64,000 nucleotides of DNA, from the NCBI GenBank assembly GCA_964016885.1, contig OZ024745.1:56482001-56546000 (forward strand). Reading direction: 5' to 3'. Of the stretch, positions 26,491 to 40,080 are shown piece by piece (the stretch's first letter is position 1; each line of letters opens with the position of its first letter). This stretch comes from Eledone cirrhosa (Eukaryota). A program made the position numbers and the translations under genes. Under the pieces are notes generated by a model. That model was given only the letters and a program-made list of their open reading frames with translations. It did no database searches and was not told the DNA's origin.

Positions 26491-26730
26491 CCGAATTAGT
26501 TTGGTAGAGACGAGTACACATGTTGTTGAGGTGTTTAACTTTGTCAATACTCTGATATGCCCAGTTCCTGGTTGGGTTGTTGTTTCTATGAGGAACTGGA
26601 ATCATATGAACTGGAATCATATGATTCCAGTTCCTCATAGAAACAACAACCCAACTAGGAACTGGGCATATCAGAGTATTGACAAAGTTAAACACCTCAA
26701 TGTGTCCTCGTCTCTACCACACTCATTCGG

Positions 26731-26785
26731 ACTGCCTGAAGAGGTCACAGCCAAAGATGGCTGTCACTGAAATATATATAGCACT
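26731..26785 (+). ncRNA. Type I hammerhead ribozyme (mirror copy)
   Basis: ACTGC-CTGAAGA-GGTCACAGCC-aaagat-GGCTGTCACT-GAAA-TATATA-TA-GCACT, then AATAAA. Confidence 0.85.
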
Positions 26786-26930
26786 AATAAACGAAGCCAC
26801 ATTTTAAATATTTGACTTATTTATTTTAATTTATTTTACATTACTCCGGAGTAACCAAACCAACCTGCGCACTTCGTCGAGTGCTCCAATCTGCATAATG
26901 AGGTGTCGGTAAACAACCAACATATACTCA

Positions 26931-26961
<31 letters not shown>

Positions 26962-27340
26962 TAAATAAAGAAATAAAGAAATAAAGAAATAAATAAAGAA
27001 ATAACGAAATAAGTAAATAAACTATGTGGGACGGAATAGGCAAGGACCCTTTTAAGAGGTATAAGTACGTAAATCATACGGTGACGGGTCAACAAATGGG
27101 GCCAAAATACTAAAGAAACTACCACAAAATAAATAATAAAGGTTTCTATCCCGGGCACCAGGCCAGGAACCACCCAGTGCAGCAAAGTAAACTAGTACTA
27201 GATAATAATTCTGAGTTCCGAAAAAAAAAAAATACTAATGCTAACTCTAAAGGTACCGCCGCGCTACAAAAGATCTTATACAAGCTACATGAAAGTTCGT
27301 ACGAAGTAAAGGTAGAATACGGAAAAATAAATTCAGAATC

Positions 27341-27390
<50 letters not shown>

Positions 27391-28864
27391 TATCAATTTA
27401 CGTATGTATGTATAGCTATCTTTTTATGTATAGTTTACAGTGTATCTCTCTCAGGGCAAGAACATCAATAACAGAAACACCAAGCTACAAATTGCAATTG
27501 AAATATATTTCTATTTCATTTAGAAATTAAAACCTGATAGTTACTAAGTCTAATTTTAGAACGAATCTTTCTTTTTCAAAGCAAACTTTAAAGAGATTTA
27601 TATAGACTCAGACGGTAAATACACTGGAAACCATCTCTTTACAACATTTTTTTTTACGGCTCTCTGTATAATTCCGGCCAAAATATTTTCTAAATGAATA
27701 ATAAAATCAGGTTTTTTAAATCGGATGCTTTGTTTAAACGAGACCTGTTTTTGTTTCTTGCCATCCCAGGTCAAAATCACATCCAATTTGAATTCAATAT
27801 TCCTAGGCCATTGAAAGAAAATATGAAAATATGATTGCCAACATTATTATGGTAATGTGCTTGTTTGTGCTCATATTTCTCGCCACTGAATGTCTGGTAA
27901 TGCTAATTTTAATGCAAACACGCTAAATCATATAAGAGCTAAATACTGCGGAAAATGATTAGTCACATGAATTACACTATTTTGCCAAGCTATTATTCCA
28001 TAATTCTCATTATTATGCATGTTTACATACTGGTGTTTCATCTCTATTCATGTGTAGAAGGAAGATGGTAGCAACATTGAGACATATTAAGTCTCCTCTT
28101 GATCTACGATTATGTACATATATTAATGTATCATAAATATTCCTTAAATGTTGTATTATATTTGTCTCCATACGTCTTCCATTTCTTCAATTAAAGTTTA
28201 TCAGAAACAATCTTCTGAAAATGTTGAAAGAAATTCGATGACAATTAATAATTCCCACAGTATATTCGAACAGGCTTTCGCCACAATTCAACAGCAACGC
28301 ATTTTTATTATTCCCTTTCATTATATATTCTTATGAGCCGGGGAATTGTTATATCGTCGCAGCAAATTCCTTATGACATTTTGTTGCGGTCTATTACAAT
28401 TTAAGTTTATATTCCACCGAGGCCAACAATATCGAAAGCCCATAAAGTACTAGCCACTAACATACCTCGATGAAATTGATTGTACACACCTCAAAATTTC
28501 TGGAATTTGTAATAGATTTGAATATATCTCATATCCCAATCATCTAAGTAATTGTTGTATTGGAATAAAAGAGGACACTACAGTCCTCATGTGTCTCTAC
28601 GAAGGTAGGTTAATCACAGCATTGAAATTCTATTCAGTCAGGAGCAGGAAACGTTCAGGTAAGCAGAGAAGTTATTGCTTCTTTTAGACATTCACTTATA
28701 AAATGCTTCAGTTTCAAAACTGTATTTTATTGTATATGTTTAATCTCTTTCATTGCTTTAGGTTGTCAGGTTCTCCGTGGTTAGCTTATGTGGTTTCTTC
28801 TATTCTCTAGAGAACCAACTCTCAATCTTATTAAATTTTCGGTAACATTATTTAAATTGTTGTT

Positions 28865-29032
28865 TCTTCATAATAAAAAATTGTTTTAGCATTTTCTTCT
28901 TCATAATAGAATATTGTTTTAGTATTTACTTCTTCATAATAGAATATTGTTTTAGTATTTACTTCTTCATAATAGAATATTGTTTTAGTATTTACTTCTT
29001 CATAATAGAATATTGTTTTAGTATTTACTTCT
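28865..29032. repeat. 33-bp minisatellite, ~5 copies
   Basis: Unit tcttcataatagaatattgttttagtatttact repeated in tandem. Confidence 0.95.
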
Positions 29033-29136
29033 ACTTGTTTTGCATTAACCACTTCAGATTCTAGCAGCAACAGCATTGCTAAGCTTGGATAGTCTATGTA
29101 TGGAAGTCATTTAATTAGCAAATTAGCAAATCATAT

Positions 29137-29990
29137 TCGATGACGCGCGTTTCACCCATCGGATTCTCGACTCGCGTAAAGCTGTGCTGAAAACGGAAGT
29201 GTATATGAGCTGACTGGTTTCGACGCATGGACAACTCGAGGGAGACAACTCAAGTTAGACTGTTAGTTGGAGACGATTGAGTTAGTTCATTCCGGATAAA
29301 ATTTATCCTGGGTCCGTATAGTTACATAACACGCATTTCCCAGCGTGGGGGCAGCGATTAAAAATATCACATTTTGTATTGAGACAAGTACTCTTGAGTA
29401 ACTTCTGATATTTATTCATTCATCGATTTCAGCCCACAAGACGAATCCCCATTTCTGTATGGCCTATATTTGGTCAGAACATTCCATTGAATGGAGTAAT
29501 CGAGGTCTGCATCTTTGAGGGGCCATATGGGGCTTGCTAGCTTCGTGGATAACCGTTTATCTAAGTGTCTTAAGGGCGTCTCATGGTTAAGTAAGCGTTC
29601 TTCAAACGCCTTCCGCCAAACCCATATATATTTTGTCCTCCTGTTGTTGAATTGGTAGAGAAGATATAACTTCAGCCGCATAGACTATTCAACACAGTTG
29701 TTGAATATGGCATGTTTCTGACCTACTGCATGAACATCCGCCTGGGGTGAGCTCTTTGTGTTGAGGACGATGTCGGCTGCCACATTTTAAGCACAGGAAT
29801 AACTGAGCTTCACCCTGTGTCTATTGAAGATAGGTCTGTATGTATGTTCTGTGGGGAATTGTTTATCTAGGAGTGCTGAGAATGTCCTACCTACATTATT
29901 TCTAACACGGAGCCGGATGGTGGGAAAAGTAGCTAGGGAATTCTTAGCACGCCTGTTTATATATACTGGTATCTACTCAGACGGTGAGAT
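29137..29990 (-). pseudogene. Decayed PLE (same type as 21916/57096): linker, GIY-YIG and pLTR relic
   Basis: Minus translation VRNNVGRTFSALLDKQFPTEHTYRPIFNRHRVKLSYSC and STKLASPIWPLK..YSIQW..PYRNG..CGL. Downstream CCGATGG-GT-GAAAC-gcgc-GTC is a hammerhead remnant lacking stem II. Confidence 0.8.
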
Positions 29991-30131
29991 GGAGGTATGT
30001 TATCGAAAGTAATAATATGGAGTTACATAACTACTGTCAGTTATTCAATATATCGATTTATCAACCCTCTGAAACGATAGTAAAAGAATGTACTTATTAA
30101 ACACAATACCTAACGTTTTATTTACATTTTC

Positions 30132-30133
<2 letters not shown>

Positions 30134-30209
<76 letters not shown>

Positions 30210-30257
30210 GCTAGATATGTTTATATAGATATATATATATATATATATAGATATAGA

Positions 30258-30294
<37 letters not shown>

Positions 30295-30304
30295 TGTGTG
30301 TGTG

Positions 30305-30345
<41 letters not shown>
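30134..30345. repeat. Compound (CA)n/(TA)n/(TAA)n microsatellite
   Basis: Direct inspection. Confidence 0.97.
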
Positions 30346-30347
<2 letters not shown>

Positions 30348-33211
30348 TTGCTACGGCATTACCTGCGATAAAAACAATTCTGTATATTTGAAATTTTTCA
30401 TTTCATTGGGAGATTTACAGATCAGAACCATTTTCAATCGTCTTACTGCGGGCTCAGTTTTTAACGTGTGTATATCCATATAATGGACCGTTTTTGTTAT
30501 ATCGGCGAGGACTTTTTTTTTTTTTGTGTTCTTGTTTAGCCACAAACGACGACCTTGTTCGGGAGTTGTAAAAGGTTACATGTTACCACCTGCAGTCATG
30601 CGTGACCGAAATCTAAACGTAATGTCATGCTATTGGTATAAATTATTAACTTCTGTGACCTTAACTAATGGAAAAGAAAGCAATGTCAAGTTAGTCCATT
30701 AACAGTATTGATTTATACGAATCCGTATGAATTAAAACTTGTTCGATACAAATTTACTATTGTATGTTTACATTTGCTTGAGCTCACACATAGTCTGTGA
30801 TCTTTAAAACAACATTTTCCCATTTTATTATATGTTGAACAATATATTATTGCTTTTATATGGCGTTTTAATTTGATTCTTTGTCTCTTTTACCTACTAC
30901 TAGACATGGAAATATTCTAAGCCATTTTAAATGCTGCTACTTATCCAGTAATATCACTTTTGATAACCATAGAATCTGATAAGTATTGTGTATCTGTAAA
31001 TTGAAATATTAAAGTTGGAGAGCAAATAACAATGCAAAGAAATTAGAAACAATAAAAAGTAAACACAGAAGGTGAAAATAATGAAGTAATCATATTAATT
31101 ACTATTTAATGTGAATTCTTCTTTGCCGTTATAATTCACATCAGTTTAGAAATTCGATTAGATGACAACAATGAAGAGTGATGTGTTGTGCATGCGCATC
31201 AACTTGCCTTCGTGGTTATTGATTCTTAATTAAGAATGTATCAGGCCAGATAATTGATGCGTACTGAATAATTTTAGAGCATACATTAATCATTGGCTAA
31301 AAAGTAATAGCATTATAAAAAGTAAACAAAATGCAACACTTGAAACCAGTTTCTGTCTTAACTGCCTTATCATCAAAAAGTTCAACCAGTACAAATGCAG
31401 TAGTGTAGGAGGCTGTATACTTATGAATTATATTCCTGTAAAAAGCTCAATGGCTCCACATAATAAAATTCGATCATTGTCACTTCTTAACGGGGAAACT
31501 GTGTCGTTAATTGTAGGGAGAACTTAGTGCATTTGATAACATCTCACAATATAACTTGTATTTTATTGTATATAGTGTAAAGCTTTTACCATTGTGAAGT
31601 AATGACATTATGTATATTTCTCTATAATTATAATTTGAACAATGTTTAAATTTAGGGAGCTATAATTTTAGTCTAAATAGTTACATAGTTAGCTGTCTCT
31701 AAATACAGAAATACAATCAATACTCCAAACTTACAAACTTTTAAAGACAATTAAAGAAAATCTTTTGAAATCTGAAGTAGAAATTTATTAAAGAAATAAT
31801 TTAGACATGAATATGGTTTCTTCTCAGGTGCAATGTTAATGCGTTCTCGAAAACGCTAGAAAGTTATTATAAATTCAATAGCAATTATTACATTAATATT
31901 TTATCTCTGACAGAGACATAAGATTCTGTATCTACATCATAAGTATATAATGGATATGGGAACAAAAATACTCAATAAATGATTGATCATGCAATTATGT
32001 CTATGTTTGTATATAAAATAACCATGAGGTTATTTCTGATTTGTTACGTCTGTACACAAAATTATTTGGCAAGAACGAGTTACTTATCAACTATAGAAAA
32101 ACAATTATAATTTTCGTTATATAAGGATAATTGTACTGAATATTAAGGTGCTAGAATTAAGATTTGAACGTAAACTCGCATTAATTTGTAGGCTGGGGTT
32201 ATTTCGCTTAAATTAAGATGAGAATGCAATTTACAAATATGTAAACAACAGAACCTATATACCTTAACATTAAATACTCATCGGAATAACCTGTAAACTA
32301 ATAAATTATAGTTTAATTTAATAATTCTGCTACCATTCATTTCACCCTTAAATATTACACTCTACCAAGTGGTTTTCCTGAATTTCCTATCTATTTATCA
32401 TTTCGTCTAAACGAATATATGGCATTTAAATATACGTAAATAAGAAAACTTTTCACAAATCATATCTTTATGGCACTTGAATGGGTAATTAGCAATATAT
32501 CCGTAGGGAATTATATCACGGATTGTGTTACAATTACATAACATTCATCAGCATGGAAGTTAGCTCCTCTTGTGTCTTCTAGCCATGTAACAATATAAAA
32601 TATGTCCGTTATAAAAATGTCTTCTTTTCGTCATTGGATGAAATCCCGTAAGATTTATCATTATACAATTGAGGTAATGTATGTGCAATTTCATCTTAAA
32701 TAAAATTGCCACACGATATCTATTAACATAGTAGAGTCAAACATGGTAATTATGGTTCACGATGCCGTAAGGTTGTATGTGTAATGAGTTTGTTATGATT
32801 GTGTCTTTCAAATGACTTCTGGTGGAATATTTGGAGACCTTAAGCTGAAAAAGTATAGAATTAATTTCTGAGAAATTACAGACAAAGGAACATTGCTTAC
32901 ATTGCAGTGTTTTTAATGTATGTACTGCATATAAATATGATTACTATCAAATAAATATAATACATGCTCACTCTTTCAGGTTCTTTCCATGAAGATAAAC
33001 GGTAAAGGAGACTGAAATAACCAAGAGACAGTGAGATATAATTTTTAGTAGCAGCTTCCCATGCTAGAAATAGCAGTCAATCTCAGGCACATTAGAAAAT
33101 ATAGTTCTACATATATCTAAAAGAAGAGGGGACAGCTGACTTCTCGAATATTGCTTTTGATTTCTTATTTTATCGTTTGCATAACAGTCCACTATTATTA
33201 CTTTTGCGTAA

Positions 33212-33430
33212 AAGGGTGGTGAATTGGCAGTATCGGTAGAAAGTCGGGCACCATGCTTTGCAGCATAGAGTTACAGTCCTTTACGGTATGAGTTCAAATC
33301 CCGCCGAGGTTAACTTTGCCTTTCATCCTTACGTGATCGATAAAATAAAGCACCAGTAACGTACAGGGGTCAATTTAATCGACTTTCTCCTCCACTCAAA
33401 TTACTGGACTTATGCCTGCACTATAAATCA
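33212..33430 (+). mobile_element. tRNA-derived SINE (Meta/MESC-like domain)
   Basis: ggtggtgaattggcag..gagttcaaatcccgccgaggttaactttgcctttcatccttacgtgatcgataaaataaagcaccag. Confidence 0.88.
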
Positions 33431-35399
33431 TTATTAACTTTGCGTACGTTTTTGTACGGGACTTGTAAAATAATCGATTAAATGAAATACCGAATTCATG
33501 CGAGAAGAAAAACAGTTTTAAATGAAAAATTAATAAGGTTTCAATTAAACCACGATCTCTAACTAATTGTTTGCTCAGGCCAAAATAAGAGGAAAAAAAC
33601 GAGATGTATAGATTGACCAAACAATGATACATATACATGTAAAATGCAAATTGAATATCGATACACCACCAGATGATACACCACCAGATGATACAGGCAA
33701 GCTTAGAATATGTTTAATAATGGATGTTCAGCACAATACATCATATTAATTATTACAATTGGGTTAACAGTTTGATAACATCTATATTATTCGAACTTCT
33801 TTTATTCTATGAAAATGATAAATGAATGTATAATTAAGCCTTTAGCTACAGTATGCAATTTTAATTATGAAATTATGAATAAGTCAATTTATAAAAAGTG
33901 TTTATTGTTCAATGTCATAGCGTCTTTATATCACATGCGAATAAAAATAAAAATAAAAATAAAAATAAAAATAAAAATAAAAATAAAAATAAAAATAAAA
34001 ATATTTAAAATAGTGGGGACCATCTAAAAATATGAAGCACATACAATATTTGAATTTTATTAATACTGAATAATAAATAGGTAAGGGAGTGGTAGAAAAA
34101 TTGGAAAGTCGAAAAAAGGCATGACTATATGGAGTTACATTTCTTTAGTTTTAAGTCAAATCATAAAAGGATATATTTGAGTTTCGGGTCGATATAATTG
34201 AAGCTCCAATACAGTTGAACTATTGTGCGTTGTTTGAAATGCATATTGAATGAACGTTATTATTTAAGGCTGTATAAGAATTAATGTTGTATATATGTCC
34301 TTAAACTGACTAACTGTTTGGATCGAAGGGGTTTCATTATTAGGCTTGTATTTGCAAATTCATTGCAGTTATTTGTATATTTTCTGCTTCAGTATACTAG
34401 CGGTAATTGTGCATATTTAGCCCCCACCCCCCGCTTAGTAATTGTAAAGGCAATAAAAATGTGGTTTTTATATTCCATATTCTTCTGAAACAAAAATACC
34501 TGGAATTCATAAACAAATAAAGTCAAATATTGCTATGCAATTCATGGGATTGTTTGTACCCACAAAGGCTTCGACGTATCTCGTGGAAAATAAATATAAA
34601 CCATGGTAATTCCACCTAAACTTCATGCTACCATCCACATTCCTTGTTGCAAAGATTGCTGTTTTTGCTGGTTGTATTTGGTAAGCTACAGTTGGGAAGC
34701 GTTAGTAAAAATCAGATTGTAATCATAAAAATTAATCGGATGTTCTTCCGTTATCAGCCGTTGTAATTCACAGAAATGAATAGTGAATGTTATCTCATTC
34801 ATGGTAATGAACTATCCTCTACCTTCAGCCCAAATATATAGAGAACCTATTTGGAATCCAGTGAAGCATGGCACTCTGTTTTGAAAGGAAGGGATAATAC
34901 ACAAACCGCTCTAATATTTGAAGTAATGGACACATATTTATCAATATATTTATTTTATGTAATATTTATGATATCAACGTGCGATCCTAACCTCCAGTGG
35001 CTATGTGATAAATTTGACATTGCAAGAAGAAAAGATGCATTTCCCTGAATAGTTAACTGTTGCGTGATTTAATTTTAAAATTGTATTGCTATAAATTGAT
35101 TTTATTTCTATTCAGTGAATAGTTATGCTGGGCCGTTAGATAAATAATTCAAAAATTCATTTAGTAAAGGGTTCGAACTTACGATCTGTCCTGGGAAGCG
35201 TGAAATGGAAGCACAAATAGTTCGTATCTCAAGACATGAGGGAGTGTTCGCAAGGGAAAAAGCTTGACAACTGCTAAATGGAAAGCTTAATTCCTTACAG
35301 TTAATGAGTAGGATCTACTCATTAACTGCTACCGGTTAGCTATAGTACTGTGTCTCTGATACTGTAGATTTGGGTGGGAATTCCACAATTCAGGTGTGG

Positions 35400-35900
35400 T
35401 GCTAGCAAACACGCCACAGGCACGAGAGTGAGCAAGTACCCGGCTATTAGAATGTGTTATGAAATGCATTCGATTGGAAGGGAATATTTGCTTCTTGAAG
35501 CTTAACTTGAAAGAAATGTGTATTTGGGCGGTTCAATCTATCCCCTAAACAGAGAGCCGGAACACACATCCTTCTTTGATTAAGTCACTGCACCATTAGA
35601 TGTAGTTACGACTGAGTCATATATCCTAATGGGAGTCTTCAATGTATATGTTGGCACTGGCTACTTGTCATAGAAAAGAATGATTGAAAGGACGGCGATC
35701 CTCATCTAAATATAAATGGAGTGACATTATTAGAATTCTGTTCGAGTGATGGGTTCGCTATTATGAGGACCTTCTTCCAATACATGGAATCGGAGATAGT
35801 GATCAATAATTGATTTTGTTATTGTCTCGGTCCTGGATATTCGTGTTATGTGAACGGCCGAGCTTTCAACTGATCACAATCTAGTTATCTAGAACCTGGG
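35400..35900 (+). pseudogene. RTE-clade LINE APE endonuclease relic
   Basis: ILMGVFNVYVG, LNINGVTLLEFC..MRTFF, SIIDFVIVS, AELSTDHNLV. Confidence 0.75.
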
Positions 35901-35983
35901 TATACCTAAAGCCGAGAGGGCCCCCAACATTTGCAGGTTCGATTCGACCAACAAGATAAAGCTACAAGCGGTGGCAGATAATA

Positions 35984-36262
35984 ATAATTCTTTCTACTTT
36001 TGGCACAAGACCAGTAATTACACAGTACATTACTGGTACTTTATTTTATCGACCTCGTAAGGATGAAAAGCAAAGTTAACCTCGACGGAATTTGAACTCA
36101 AACCGTAAAGGGACGTAACTATGCTAGAAAGCATGGCGTCCAACCCTCTACTGATACTGCCAATTCAAATGATGATTGTTTCTACTTTAGGCACACGGCC
36201 AGCAAATTTGAAGGGGGAGAGTCGATTAAATCGTCCGAGTGCATTACTGGTGCTTTATTTTA
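35984..36262 (-). mobile_element. SINE copy plus adjacent partial SINE 3' end
   Basis: 35984-36166 and 36176-36262 align to the other SINE copies. Confidence 0.85.
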
Positions 36263-37498
36263 GTCAGCTTTAATTCAGTCGGCTGCTATTTCTAACAGGC
36301 AAGGCTATAATGTTGCGGCTGACACGTTGGCCTGTTTATGATGGTATCGGGTATAGATTCCATTGACGAGATTTCCCTGACAAGTTTTGGCCAAGCCGGA
36401 TTTCGCGTATGTAGAAAGAAAATTGCCGGAGCTGCGCGGAAGTGGAATAAAACCTGTAACACACTTTAATATGAAAACAGCACCTTAACCACCAGATCGT
36501 ATGCGTCTTCTCTCTTATAGCGTCCTGCATGATGCGAAACATCATATATATATATTCATATTTTACTACAATGTCTGTGTTCTATCAGCAAGCCTCTTGG
36601 CGATAATCAGATGAATAACTGTTTTCGAAAATTTTAAAGTTCTTGTCATCACTGAGCTCAAATCCCTTAGGTCATCGAGAGGTTGTATGTTGTTGATTAT
36701 ATCCACAAAAACGATCCACCACAAATCACAAAACAAAATCTTGAGTAACGAAATTGTTCTCTGAATCTAGAAAACAAAGTAGGCAAAATCATCTAAACAA
36801 GGATATTTAACTGAGCCTGCTCAGTCACGCCAGATACATGGGTTTATAATAACAGCAACAAAATTAAGAACTAAATCAACAAAATATTATCGATTCACTT
36901 ATAGTTCTAAACCATCATTAAAAGCAATCCATTAGGTTAAACAGTCTCCACGCTAGAGCAAGTCAAATTCGATTACAAACTAAATTTGATTTAATGCCTG
37001 GATTAATTACGCAGACTATTGACAACGAAATGCATAACCAACTGTATTTATTTATCTATTTATATCAGGCATATGAGAGAATAATTCATACGTTTCAGTA
37101 CGTACATAAAAAGATGAACAATTATCGTGTGTGAACTTATGTGATCTCAACTTGATCTCAACTTGATGCATTTATCTCTATATATATTTGCTTTTATTTT
37201 AGGTACTTTATTCTGAAATATGTTAGACTCAGGAAAATAATATCCATAGAAGCGGATACAGAAACACTCAATTATATATGTACATATAGTGTCATATATA
37301 TCTAAATATATAAAGCAATTACGTTTCATAAATTGAAGTTCATGAGGACATAATCTATATAATGTCTCTATATACTACAACGTTTCTCAAATATGGGCTT
37401 TTAAAGAATGAACAACGAGAAATAGATATAACATGAAAATTATATGGTGTGTGTGTTTCTTTCTATTAGAAATATTGGCAACTTAAACATCCCCAAAT

Positions 37499-37576
<78 letters not shown>

Positions 37577-37756
37577 ATACTTGGGGAGGGTCATATTTGT
37601 GTAATAATATTGCCAGAATTAATAACAGAACACACTCACTGTTTGGTTTTCGCTTCTGTGTCTTTTATATCGGTTAATTTAATTTATTCGGTCCTCAATG
37701 TTACCAACGGTCAAAAATACAGATACAATATAGACACAAACACATATATATAGTCT

Positions 37757-37798
37757 AACAAAGTTCTTTCGTTGCACATCTGCAACATCGTCAGTGGT
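37757..37798 (-). ncRNA. Type I hammerhead ribozyme
   Basis: acCA-CTGACGA-T-GTTGCA-gatg-TGCAAC-GAAA-gaac-TT-TGtt; short stem I. Confidence 0.78.
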
Positions 37799-38050
37799 GC
37801 TATTATGTTTCCTCTCGTTGTATTGTATGCTTAAGCCATCTTTATTTAGTCTGTTTATTTATTTATTTATTTGTTTATTGTTTTGTCTTCTATGCACATG
37901 CGTTTGCGTGTGTGTATAGTGATTTGTTTGATGTGTGTTCGTGTTTGGGTGACTATGTATTGGTTATTGTATTCTATCTTAGATTACTAGTGTGTGTTTA
38001 TATGTGTTTGTTGTTATTGTGCTTGTGTATGTATTTATTTATTTATTTAT

Positions 38051-40080
38051 TTATACTTCTCTTAGGTCAGTGTTGTTTGTTTGGGTGTTGTTGTTATTCC
38101 ATTCATTTTTTCTGTTTTTCCTTGGCCTTCTAAGTTCTATTTTGCTGGCCTCTCTGATTTGCTTATCTGCTGGGTCATTTCAATGTTTAGATATATATTC
38201 TAATTTCTATGTTGTCTATGTTACCGTCGTGTTGATGTCTGGCATGTTCGTATAGTACTGAACCGTTTTTTTAGTTCCCCTCAGTTTTGGTCTATCCATT
38301 TACCTATGCTACGAGCTGTCTCGCCTATGTATGTTGTTGTAATGTTTCTGCAAGTACCCTCTGTGCATCTTATGCTATAGACTACTTTTCTAGTTTTACA
38401 GTTTATCCGGGGTTTACTTTACATATGATACATTTCCTATTAGTTCAGTGGGTTTTCTTAAAAGGGTAGGGTTTGCTGATCAGGGATTTTATGGTGGTTC
38501 CTGGCTTTTCTACCACCTTAATCTTTAAGTGGGTCTTTCTCAGGACCTTTCTACACTGGTTAGCTAATTTCCCTACAGGGGTAGCGTCCACAAACATGAC
38601 ACTCTGGTATCTCTGGTTGTCGTACCATGAGGTGGCTTTCCCTATCTTATGTCTAGTCCTATCTAAGCTATTCCATGATTTGCTCCTTTATACTGGGAAA
38701 GTCCCTTTCATGTCCAGTTCTATGAGGGTCTTATACTTCTCCGTGGCTCCTTCGTATACTCTGATTCTGTCCCTTTGGTTGTAGCCAGCGGTTGATGAAG
38801 TGTTGGATGTGTCTTTCCATTTCTGTTGGGTCGCACATGCGGGACACGTTCTTCATCACTCGTTCTAAGTCTGCATATCAGAATATTAAACTTAGCACTA
38901 CTGGACATTGCTGAGTTTTTGAGTATCAGGTATTTGGAGGCTATGGGTTTAGCATAGTGTGAGTGGAGAATTTGGTCTCTCTCGTCTATAGTGTTAATCC
39001 AGAGTTCCGTGTCTAATACAGGTAGTCTATTTTTAGGGTGTTTGGAAGGGTAGTCGATAGTTACAGTTATACTCTGGTGTATGGAATTAGCTATCTTCTG
39101 GATGCTTTCCATTGTGCTACGTTCTAAATCAAACGTGTTAGTGCTCTCTTGTGGGGATGTCCTTATTACTATATTGATGTCGTCTACGTAATGAAAGTAC
39201 ATGGTGAGGTCTATGGAGCTCTCATCAAGGAAATCTTTGAGTCTCCTTTCCCACCATACCATAAAAAAGGTTGGCAACGTCACCAGCTATGCCGACGCCA
39301 ATGGCTGCTCCCTCATTTTGGGTGTAGATCTTCTCGTTGAATTTGAATTATGTGGCCCTTTAGGGTAATTTTGATACTAGCCCCTATTGTATGTGCGACC
39401 ATTTTTCTTACCTGATCATTGTTTTGGGGTGTCCGTATAGCTTTGGTCCACCCAATCCACCTTCCCATGGGTGTATTTCTTGCCATTGGGGTTATGGTGG
39501 GGGGTCTAACTCGTATGGGTCTACTGGGGCAGAAACCTCTAAGGTCATGGCTGTCTAGGTAGTCAGTGTCGTAGGTAAGTCTAAGTAGGAGGCCCAGTTC
39601 GTCTGTGTCGCCGTCGCAGAACTCCACCTCACTCTCAATGATCATCTCCACACATTTTTCCACAGCAAAATCAATGTTAATGGATGGGTACTGTGATACC
39701 ACATCCATACTGCCTATTATGCAGTTGGATAGGTTCCTGTTTTTGATGCACTCACTGATTCTGCTGAGGAGATCCTCTGTACTGTCACATACATCTGGGG
39801 ACATTTTGATTATGGGGCGTATAACCATTGAGAGGAAGTAGGAGATCCTGTAATTGCGAGCTATATTTGCTCCGCATTCCTGTCTTGTTGGTGGTCCTGT
39901 TGTGGGGTTGGCGACTGTCTTGTGGTCTTTGCGGAGCTCATACAAGGGTGGTATGTCATTGTTAGACGCCTGGAAGTTGTTGGCAGTGCGTCTGCTTGGC
40001 TTTAGGATGTCGGTCCACATCATCATATGAGCGTTGAGGATTTTCTCTCTCCCATCATGTATTTGCCGTTGGTCAGTCAA
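38051..40080 (-). pseudogene. PLE RT + C-terminal GIY-YIG (Neptune-like), several frameshifts
   Basis: PPLYELRKDHK, SMDVVSQYPSI, YTQNEGAAIG, HYVDD, LPVLD, MFVDATP, KVVEKPG, CIIC, CKTRKVVYSIRCTEGTC..YIGETARS, QIREA..NRKNEW. Confidence 0.88.

Larger units (their letters stand above)
26381..26838. mobile_element. Non-coding fold-back PLE derivative, zero-spacer palindrome with two hammerheads
   Basis: Arms mirror about CAT|ATG at 26620/26621, with a 15-bp duplication beside the centre; left end at (TA)n. Confidence 0.9.

Noticed and set aside
27135-27185. Minus-strand hairpin followed by GAAAC
   Set aside because: No CUGANGA-like box at the correct spacing.
28852-29076. EEVNTKTIFYY repeat ORF or CRISPR-like array
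   Set aside because: Spacerless 33-bp tandem repeat in eukaryotic DNA; the open frame follows from the unit length.
32970-33010. 22-nt candidate micro-exon (ctctttcag..gtaaag)
   Set aside because: Splice-like strings are expected by chance and no partner exons could be identified.
38445-38447. In-frame TGA at a probable linker Cys (selenocysteine, as in some Naiad PLEs)
   Set aside because: Single instance in a copy with several frameshifts, and no SECIS seen; one substitution from TGT/TGC explains it.
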